Shown here in pieces: positions 29,352 to 36,939 of a DNA stretch of 64,000 bases. Both the position numbers and the translations under genes were made by a program. The stretch lies in NCBI GenBank assembly GCA_963934255.1, contig CAWVXU010000002.1, positions 1 through 64,000 on the forward strand, read 5' to 3'. The notes beneath the pieces were generated by a model that saw only the letters and a program-made list of their open reading frames with translations, had not been told where the DNA came from and searched no databases. How positions within the stretch are numbered: position 1 is the first letter of the stretch; every line of letters starts with the position of its first letter. This DNA is from an uncultured Fibrobacterales bacterium (lineage in GTDB: Bacteria > Fibrobacterota > Fibrobacteria > Fibrobacterales > CAWVXU01).

Positions 29352-29510
29352 TTAGTTTTTTACTAACGAAGAACCATGAACCAATGATTGGAAAACTTCA
29401 AGCCGATTGACCTGTTCTATGGTTTCTGTTATAATCCCGTTTCGTCCAGAATTCTGCCAAATGATACTTCCACAGATGACTATTAAGGCTACTTGTATAA
29501 ACTTAAACAT
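29352..29510 (-). CDS. Small 52-aa membrane/exported protein not in ORF track
   Basis: AAGGAG RBS 6 nt before ATG; MFKFIQVALIVICGSIIWQNSGRNGIITETIEQVNRLEVFQSLVHGSSLVKN; ends 30 nt before the terminator. Confidence 0.55.
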   Translation of the reverse strand: MFKFIQVALIVICGSIIWQNSGRNGIITETIEQVNRLEVFQSLVHGSSLVKN

Positions 29511-29841
29511 GTCGCGCTCCTTGATGAAAGTTAGATGCCTATCATCTAAAGTACACGCTTAGCGAGGACTGAAGTATAACAGAGGCATAAAACTTCGACA
29601 TAATCGTTGAGTTTTTATCGATTATATTGACTATATAGGTAATTAAACAATCATTTTGATTGATTAAAGTTAATGTGTTTTATTTTGATTGGCTTTTAGT
29701 GTAATGGTTTTTATTAGTTTTAGACCAAACCCTTCATTCCTAGCTTTTGTAAGCAGAATTTAAAAAGGCAACACCATAATCAATCAAGGAAAATATACAC
29801 TGATGAACTAGATACAATATTGATTCGATCTTTTTCCAAAG

Positions 29842-29872
29842 AATAAGTGGACTCAATTTGAGTACACTTATT
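29842..29872 (-). terminator. Hairpin at 3' end of TonB operon
   Basis: AATAAGTG-GACTCA-ATT-TGAGTA-CACTTATT inverted repeat, 11 nt past the TPR gene stop. Confidence 0.55.
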
Positions 29873-29883
29873 GTGTTTTAAAT

Positions 29884-31044
29884 CTATTGATTCTCTTGGA
29901 TTCGCTTCAGGTCTTCGGTCACTTCAAGGTGGCCTGGAGAAAGAATAAGTGCATTTTTTAATACTTCAATGGCCCGTTCAGAGTTCTTTTTTAATTCCAA
30001 ATCATAAGCGATATTTCTGAGACCTTGAATGCCTTCGTCTGAGCCTAATTCAGCGGCTTTTACATAAGCAAGTTCAGCACGCTCGCCCCACTTTAGGTCT
30101 TGAGAGAGGTTGCCCAAAAAAATCCACCCGTCTATAAAGTCTGGTTTAATTACCACTGATTTCTGTAAATATCCCACAGCAAGTAAAGGCTTTTTATCTT
30201 CCACAAGTACATCGGCTAACTTATATAAGACTTCTACGCGATCGCCTGATTGAGCGAGCCCCTGCCTATAAATAGATGCAGCATCCATCCATTTTTTTTG
30301 AACTCGATATAAATCCCCGATATAGAACATAAAGTCAACCTCTTTGGGCATCATTGCATATGCTTCACGGACAAAAAGAATCGCTTGCTCGTACTCCTTC
30401 AGGCCCACATGAACTTCAGCTAATTGGTATACCACTCCAGCATCAGTGGCATCCAATGCTCGAGCTTTTTCTAACGCCCTTTGGACACCCGTGATATCAC
30501 CCGTTTTTTGGTAAGCTTCGGCTAAGTATAGCCAAGCTCCGAAATTATCAGGCTCTAAAGCCAAGCCTTGATGGTAGATGCTGATACTTTCTCCGTATTC
30601 ACCTAGTCGATAAAGAGTGGCGGCCAAATTAAACAAGGCAGGGGAATACTGATACCCGGTCAAGCGGACCCCCTTTCTAAATGCAGCAGCAGCACTTGCA
30701 AAGTCCTGTACACGATAAAAACATTTCCCAATATTCATCGTCGCTATTTGTGGGTCTAATCCGCGTTTTTCTGCCTTGCGATACAATAATTTAGCTTGGG
30801 TAAATTTCTCAGCTCGATAAAGTTTATTGGCTCGCTCTAATAAAACTTCATAACCCATAATCTTTGAGGATTTTGGTTTGGATAAGTCAAAATTTTTAGC
30901 ATTTATTGGAGTGCAAACTATGAGGCAAATAAATAATACACCCAGAGGCGTAAATATATTTTTCGAGATAAATGATTTCATCTTCATGGATGAGTGGTAA
31001 ATTTTTTGATGATTTGCGTTTGAAAAAAATTGCATACTAATCAT
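29884..31044 (-). CDS. TPR protein (TtpD position of TonB2-like operon; true start probably near 30987)
   Basis: Signal-like segment followed by many TPRs (ALFNLAATLY..GEY, AWLYLAEAY..GD). Confidence 0.8.
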   Translation of the reverse strand: MISMQFFSNANHQKIYHSSMKMKSFISKNIFTPLGVLFICLIVCTPINAKNFDLSKPKSSKIMGYEVLLERANKLYRAEKFTQAKLLYRKAEKRGLDPQIATMNIGKCFYRVQDFASAAAAFRKGVRLTGYQYSPALFNLAATLYRLGEYGESISIYHQGLALEPDNFGAWLYLAEAYQKTGDITGVQRALEKARALDATDAGVVYQLAEVHVGLKEYEQAILFVREAYAMMPKEVDFMFYIGDLYRVQKKWMDAASIYRQGLAQSGDRVEVLYKLADVLVEDKKPLLAVGYLQKSVVIKPDFIDGWIFLGNLSQDLKWGERAELAYVKAAELGSDEGIQGLRNIAYDLELKKNSERAIEVLKNALILSPGHLEVTEDLKRIQENQ

Positions 31045-31666
31045 TCCATCTTACTTCAAAAGGTTGTTCCATACCGCAAAAACTCAATGCTTGCCCGTCT
31101 TTTTGAGCGGGTTGAAAACAGCTAGATTCAATGGCATTTTTGGCAGCTTGTGCAAGGCCTTGTCCAGTTGGAGATTCCTCAACTATACGCAACTCATATA
31201 CTTTACCCATTTCATTCACACAAAAAGAAATGACTACTTTCGCCTCTTGTTCGGTTTCACGGAGTTTATCTGGAAGTTCAAAATTTGGGGGGCAGTCACT
31301 TTTGGGTCGCTGATCTACATCGCCGCCGCCTCCACTCCCATCACCGCGAGTGGTGTTTGTTAAGTTCAACGGAACATTCACTCCACCCATACCGGCGATA
31401 CCCAGATCCATGGCAAAACGAGGACCTGATTTTAAACTTCTTGATTTGGATTTAGAGCGCTTTGGCTTCTTTAGTTTACGAGCTTTTTTCTTTTGTTCTT
31501 TCTTGACTGAAATTTTTTTGATTTTTACTTCAGTCTTCCTGATAGTCTCTTCTTTAAAAAAGGTGCCTTGAAGCATCAAATTCAGTACCGGAATACTCAT
31601 GATAAGAGATCCCGCTAGTATGATAGCCATCACAACTATCAGTAACTCTGTGAATTTATTTTTCAT
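31037..31666 (-). CDS. tonB: Energy transducer TonB
   Basis: N-terminal TM, Lys-rich linker, TonB_C-like VVISFCVNEMGKV..LRIVEESP..FQPAQKDG; follows exbD. Confidence 0.85.
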   Translation of the reverse strand: MKNKFTELLIVVMAIILAGSLIMSIPVLNLMLQGTFFKEETIRKTEVKIKKISVKKEQKKKARKLKKPKRSKSKSRSLKSGPRFAMDLGIAGMGGVNVPLNLTNTTRGDGSGGGGDVDQRPKSDCPPNFELPDKLRETEQEAKVVISFCVNEMGKVYELRIVEESPTGQGLAQAAKNAIESSCFQPAQKDGQALSFCGMEQPFEVRWND

Positions 31667-31683
31667 CTAGACTTCAATATCCT

Positions 31684-32091
31684 TTAATCGGTCAGGGCCG
31701 CAATAGAGACTTTTTTGGCGCCACTTAAATTACAAGCATCAACCACTTGAACCAATAGGCCTGATTGTGAAGATTGGTCGGCGATCAAAACAACTTCTCG
31801 CTCAGGATTTTTGGACAGCATAGATGTGAGAATCTCCTTGAGTGCAGGCAGTTCAACTGGGCGCTCGTTGATATGGACGGTGCCTTCACGCGTAATGGCT
31901 ACCATAATGTTTTCTTTTTGCACCTCACTCGCTGATTGAGCTTTTGGCTTAGTGACTTCCACGCCAGTTTCTCTATTAAAAGTTGAGGTGACGATAAAAA
32001 ATATCAATAAAATAAACACCATATCCATCATTGGTGAGATATCTATTTGGGCTGCTTCTCGTTTTTTAATTGGTTGATTAAAGAGATCCAT
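31684..32091 (-). CDS. exbD: Biopolymer transport protein ExbD
   Basis: IDISPMMDMVFILLIFFIVT, VVLIAD, LVQVVDAC..GA. Confidence 0.93.
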   Translation of the reverse strand: MDLFNQPIKKREAAQIDISPMMDMVFILLIFFIVTSTFNRETGVEVTKPKAQSASEVQKENIMVAITREGTVHINERPVELPALKEILTSMLSKNPEREVVLIADQSSQSGLLVQVVDACNLSGAKKVSIAALTD

Positions 32092-32737
32092 CGGACGTTC
32101 CTCCCTCTTTTTCATGCTTGGCGTTAAGGACGCGTACGACACTTAATTCTATTTGTTTTTGTATCCAATTGAGTCGATCTTGAATTCTGTTTTTCCATAG
32201 GACAATAGGAAATGCAATAAGCAAGCCCGATTGAGTTGTAATCAAAGCTTCAGAAATACCACCTGCCATCAGCACAGGATTTGAATTTCCAAATATCGTG
32301 ATGACATTAAATGTACTCACCATCCCTGAGACAGTTCCTAGAAGACCAAGTAGTGGGGCGACTGCAGCAAGAACTGAAACCATTTGCATCCCTTTATCCA
32401 TACTGAAATAAACTTGACTCACTTCAGCTTTTAGGATGACTTCACGCGCCTGGTCGGATTCATCTTTAGTGCGAAGTAATATGTTGAGCACGACATGAAG
32501 TATGCCTGATTTTTTTTCATAAGACGTTTTCAATTTTTTAATCTGAGTTTCCTCACCCAGGTTAATCACTTCTATCAATTCTTGAATTTCATCATCAAAG
32601 TGCCTAGAGTATAGATCTGCACTTAGCCTGTATGCCATCTTCATCAAAAGATAAAATGCAATTACCCCACACAGAAAGATCGGGACTAAGACCCATCCTC
32701 CTGCCAAAAGCGATACGTATAAAGCATCAATAAACAT
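32078..32737 (-). CDS. exbB: MotA/TolQ/ExbB family protein
   Basis: APLLGLLGTVSGM, AGGISEALITTQSGL. Confidence 0.9.
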   Translation of the reverse strand: MFIDALYVSLLAGGWVLVPIFLCGVIAFYLLMKMAYRLSADLYSRHFDDEIQELIEVINLGEETQIKKLKTSYEKKSGILHVVLNILLRTKDESDQAREVILKAEVSQVYFSMDKGMQMVSVLAAVAPLLGLLGTVSGMVSTFNVITIFGNSNPVLMAGGISEALITTQSGLLIAFPIVLWKNRIQDRLNWIQKQIELSVVRVLNAKHEKEGGTSDGSL

Positions 32738-32739
32738 GA

Positions 32740-34275
32740 TTACTTCGTTTTCCCTTTGAGTAATTCCTGGCGTTTGTCTTCATCACCAGACCACACTATA
32801 TTGAGAGCTTCCATAGTCACGGCATTCAGGTTGGCGATGATACCGTCTAATTTCTCAGACAAGAACCCATGAAGTAAAAGTATGGGGATTGCGATAATCA
32901 GTCCGGTTTGTGTCGTGACTAGGGCTTCAGAAATACCACCCGCAAGAAGACGAGCATCGTTAGTGCCGACATCAGTTATCACTTTAAACAAAGCAATCAT
33001 ACCCGATACAGTTCCCAAAAGTCCAAGCAGCGGAGCCACCGCACCCAGGGCAGAAATTAATCCAAGACGTTTTTCAAGATTAGGGATTTCAGTCAACAGA
33101 GCTTCCGTGACAGACTTCTCTGCCGAATCGCGATTCAGTTCTCTTTTTTGAACTACTACAGCAAGTGCTTTGCCAAGTCCTGTGCCTCGAGAATTACTGT
33201 AATCTATCGCTTCATCCCATTTACCCGAGCGAATTAATGGCATCAAGTGTTTACGAGTTGTAATGAGTCTTGAGCCACGAGTTTGATAAGTTGAAAACCT
33301 TTCAAATCCCAAGATAAATGCAAATAGCGCACAGCCAATGAGTGGATACATCACGAGTCCACCTTTGTCAAACCACGCTGAAACCGCTTGGCTCAACCCT
33401 TGGTCTTCCAATTGGGCAAAACCTACACCCTTGTCTTTGGCTTGTAAGATGTCAATAGGAAGTGATACCTGGTTGTTTCCTGCAGCAATTTGTGTTGCAG
33501 CCTCTTTGAGCGCCTGATTGTATTGCAAGGACAACTTACTTCTCCAACTCCAGACTTGGCCTTTCAGAGCTCCTGTTTTCATCAGAGACTGAACAAAGGG
33601 ACCGTTCTTCTGAACATCAGCAATGAGCATCGAACCCATTTGTATATGCCAAACATCGACTTCTTGTTTAGCCGGGTTAATGACTGATCTGGTTTCGATT
33701 TTTTGAGTTAAACCCAACTGATGTCTTTGAAGCATCTCGGTAAAGTACATCTCAAAAGCAAGTATCGCATCTCGATCCTTCATTTTGTCTGAGGCTACTG
33801 CACTTGCCGCTTTATTCAAAAGTTGAGTGCGTTCATTTATCTTGAGAGGAATATCTTCAACCAGACTTGCTTGACGTTTTTCTATCACCTGACCTGCGGT
33901 AAGATCAAATTGTTCGGCTCTTTTGTCTACAACCTCATATTGCATTTCTAAATCTTCAGTGCGGGTTTTGGCACCTTGTAATTCATCTTGAAAACGAGTC
34001 AGTTGGCCTGCAAGTTGAGAAAAACGAGAATCTAATGCCCGATTTTCATCAACCCATATTTTAGATTGAGCGTTTTCTTCATAACGTTTTTCCCAGCGCT
34101 TGGCTTCTTTGGCTTCGAGTAAGTCTAATTTTTCTGACTTAATTGATTTCAACGCTCTGATTTTTTTTTGAAGCTCTTTAATCTCTTTTTTGTCTTTTTC
34201 TTGATTTGCAAATGAACTTGTAACAGCTATTGTTAGGCCCATCAAAAGAACTAAAGGGGGGGGTAAGAATTTCAT
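32740..34275 (-). CDS. ExbB-like protein with large periplasmic coiled-coil domain (TtpC-like)
   Basis: Signal peptide, ~280-aa helical region, then APLLGLLGTVSGM and AGGISEALVTTQTGL. Confidence 0.85.
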   Translation of the reverse strand: MKFLPPPLVLLMGLTIAVTSSFANQEKDKKEIKELQKKIRALKSIKSEKLDLLEAKEAKRWEKRYEENAQSKIWVDENRALDSRFSQLAGQLTRFQDELQGAKTRTEDLEMQYEVVDKRAEQFDLTAGQVIEKRQASLVEDIPLKINERTQLLNKAASAVASDKMKDRDAILAFEMYFTEMLQRHQLGLTQKIETRSVINPAKQEVDVWHIQMGSMLIADVQKNGPFVQSLMKTGALKGQVWSWRSKLSLQYNQALKEAATQIAAGNNQVSLPIDILQAKDKGVGFAQLEDQGLSQAVSAWFDKGGLVMYPLIGCALFAFILGFERFSTYQTRGSRLITTRKHLMPLIRSGKWDEAIDYSNSRGTGLGKALAVVVQKRELNRDSAEKSVTEALLTEIPNLEKRLGLISALGAVAPLLGLLGTVSGMIALFKVITDVGTNDARLLAGGISEALVTTQTGLIIAIPILLLHGFLSEKLDGIIANLNAVTMEALNIVWSGDEDKRQELLKGKTK

Positions 34276-35132
34276 TTGTCACCTCCTTGTATTACGCTTA
34301 ATGACAGTGGAAGTAAAAGAAGCTCCGGAGCTTTTTTTGCCATTTTGATTTCAATTGCTTCGCGAATTGCTTTGCGTTGTAAGAAGTCCAAATCTTCATC
34401 CCAAGCATAAACTGTTTGCCCTTGGGTGATGTTTTGGTCCTTAATTCCATCACTTATCTTACGGATCAAGCGTCCATAATTCTTGCCGTCACTATCCATA
34501 TATACTAACCATTGATTACCTAGGCGTAGCATTTGAACATTGATAAGTTCTCCTGAATTTCTGAGCAAAGATTTTTCAGCGATAACGATTTCATCGTTAA
34601 ATTTAATTTCTTCTCGAATCAGGGATGCAATTCGATTAACACCTTCTTCTTGAGAAGCTGTTTCTGCTTCTAAGTCCCTTTTCAGAGCCATCACTCGGGC
34701 AACTCGTGAGTCAAGATCCCAAGGGATTCCGCTCTTTATTTGCTGGGCAAACTGCTCTGTAATGAGAGCGAGCTTTCTAGCGCTTTCTTGGAACTTACGC
34801 TGATGATTCTCAGTTCTTATTTTAAAAGAAGACTGCTTGAAACCTTCAGATTGTATTTTGCCTTGAAGCTTCTTCAGCTGTGTGGATAAAGCATTAAGCT
34901 CCGACTTTTTTTGCCCGCTTGTACTTACTTGAATTTCTTTTTTCGTTTCAAAACGAGTTGTTTCAAGTTTAGCTAAGGAGTCAGTGCTGAACATTTTGAT
35001 ATCAATTCTCTTCACATCTCGTTCTAGCTGATCTAACTGTAACTTGAGATCTGCAGAATTCAGTCCAAATGAGAATTGTACTCCCAAGAAGAGGCTGACG
35101 ATAAAGCTCAGTCGTGTTTTATTTTTGTTCAT
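34272..35132 (-). CDS. DUF3450 (TtpB-like) coiled-coil periplasmic protein
   Basis: Signal peptide, coiled coil, GIPW...R, MLRLG..LVY, AI..A.K.APELLLLP; position upstream of TtpC-like gene. Confidence 0.75.
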   Translation of the reverse strand: MNKNKTRLSFIVSLFLGVQFSFGLNSADLKLQLDQLERDVKRIDIKMFSTDSLAKLETTRFETKKEIQVSTSGQKKSELNALSTQLKKLQGKIQSEGFKQSSFKIRTENHQRKFQESARKLALITEQFAQQIKSGIPWDLDSRVARVMALKRDLEAETASQEEGVNRIASLIREEIKFNDEIVIAEKSLLRNSGELINVQMLRLGNQWLVYMDSDGKNYGRLIRKISDGIKDQNITQGQTVYAWDEDLDFLQRKAIREAIEIKMAKKAPELLLLPLSLSVIQGGDK

Positions 35133-36931
35133 TAGGAAGGTTCCTCTCCACAAAATACTTCATTAGTTTGTGTATCACACCAATCACTTGCTGGTACACA
35201 CATCATGTCTGAATTAATATCTTCTTCTACGCAAAAACTGCGTAAAGCCCAATCACAAGTCGGTTCAGTCCAAGCTTGCTTTTTACATCTTTGCCTATGA
35301 AAATCCTTCAATTGACCTTGTTGGTATTTCATAGAATTCTCTGCGGTTGAAGCCCATGAATGAGCTAAGCGCTCAAGGTCGGCACACTTTGAATCTTGAA
35401 AAAACACTTGAGCGCAATAACGAGTCAGAGCACCCTCTATTATATCAGCATTTTCTTTCTCAGTCCGTCCATTGAATTTATCTTGAGGTAGTTGCTCAAG
35501 ATAAATCGACGCATCAACTCCGTCAATCCAGGCTAACATATAAGCTGCACGGGTACACCCGTTGTATGATTTGACTTCATCGAAATCTAAACGATTGTTT
35601 TCTGCATATTTTAAACCGTCAAACTTCACTTCACGACAATACTCTAATTCAAAGTCTTGACAAGAAACAGTCGACTCCCACCCCACTTCATTGCATTTTG
35701 CAGCCTTAGTCTCAAAATAGGTCCATGATTTATTTGACGCAGGATTAAGAATAAAAACTTCGAAACTATCAACTATTGCACCCGCAAACACTCCACGACC
35801 ATTTTCAATGTTAAACTTTTTTTGAACCTTAGGATCACTGTGTTCTCTGATATAGGTTAATATGTAATTAGTCATCGCCTGTTCATATCCATAGAAGTAG
35901 ATCTTGTTAGGTCCCCCCATATACCAAGTGTTAGTCACTGTTAAAGAGTCAAAAATTGAATATTCTTTATTACTATCAAAAACGTTTGGCAAATGAATTA
36001 ACCGTCTGGTAGTGCTACCCGGGTATTGATTGGCAGCTCCGCCACCAAATTGAGCAAAGGCCGCCGAGAAGGCGTTTTGGGGTATTATAGCTGAATCAGT
36101 AAAAGCCTGTGTCACTAATAGGGAGGCAACATCTTCTGAATAATCAAAATTATAGTAATGCGAAGTAGTGTTAAGGACTCCCGTTAAATAGAAAATAGAG
36201 TCACCTTGAACATAGGATGCCCGTACTTCGTATTTCTGATATAAAGCTCCAATTGTTGCGTTCATATCAGGGAAGTTTTCAGTAAATATATTCGTTGCCG
36301 CCACCGTATCACCTAGCGCTAATTGGCTGATGTATTCATTGATAACAACTTCATACTCGGCGTTAAATGCATCTTGCCCCTCTTGAGGGAGTCCAGTGAT
36401 TAAGTCAAAGATACCTTGAGGTGAAGTCATATTTCCGTCTGTAGCTTGCTCAGTAAATGCTTTTTCATTGACTGTAGCTGTATCATTTACAATTAATTTT
36501 GTTGGAATATTCGCAGTTGCTTTAAAGACGGTCTCCACTAGAGTACCAGATGAGTCCCAAGTAAATTCAGCACGCAGACGATAACTCTCTCCACGATCAA
36601 TAATAAAATTGGCATCACTATTAAAACAATTTGGTTTGTTTGGTTGAGGGCTTAAAATTATTTCTTGTGAAATTCCACCTTGAGGTTTGCCTGTAATAGT
36701 GACACGTGAATCTTGATAAAATGCAAAACCATTGGTGTAATATTCATCGAGGGATAATAATTTTTCAAAACAGACATTACTAATCGCTCTATCAGCGATT
36801 AATGTGCCTTCAGTGTAAATGCCTTTGTATTCACTATTGTCTTTGGGCGCATAACTCCAAGGCCCTTGAAGACAAGCAGTCAATATCAAAGTCAAGATTG
36901 TCACATAGAATGGATAATATCTTTTCATCAT
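35132..36931 (-). CDS. DUF4249-like lipoprotein partner of the receptor, with Cys-rich C-terminal extension
   Basis: LTAC lipobox; GESYRLR..ATANIP; NIENGRGVFAG; 12 Cys in last ~190 aa. Confidence 0.65.
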   Translation of the reverse strand: MMKRYYPFYVTILTLILTACLQGPWSYAPKDNSEYKGIYTEGTLIADRAISNVCFEKLLSLDEYYTNGFAFYQDSRVTITGKPQGGISQEIILSPQPNKPNCFNSDANFIIDRGESYRLRAEFTWDSSGTLVETVFKATANIPTKLIVNDTATVNEKAFTEQATDGNMTSPQGIFDLITGLPQEGQDAFNAEYEVVINEYISQLALGDTVAATNIFTENFPDMNATIGALYQKYEVRASYVQGDSIFYLTGVLNTTSHYYNFDYSEDVASLLVTQAFTDSAIIPQNAFSAAFAQFGGGAANQYPGSTTRRLIHLPNVFDSNKEYSIFDSLTVTNTWYMGGPNKIYFYGYEQAMTNYILTYIREHSDPKVQKKFNIENGRGVFAGAIVDSFEVFILNPASNKSWTYFETKAAKCNEVGWESTVSCQDFELEYCREVKFDGLKYAENNRLDFDEVKSYNGCTRAAYMLAWIDGVDASIYLEQLPQDKFNGRTEKENADIIEGALTRYCAQVFFQDSKCADLERLAHSWASTAENSMKYQQGQLKDFHRQRCKKQAWTEPTCDWALRSFCVEEDINSDMMCVPASDWCDTQTNEVFCGEEPS

Positions 36932-36939
36932 GATAACCT

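Noticed and set aside
29520..29840. AT-rich intergenic stretch as ncRNA or replication origin
   Set aside because: No DnaA-box cluster or stable structure recognised; likely promoter region of the small ORF.
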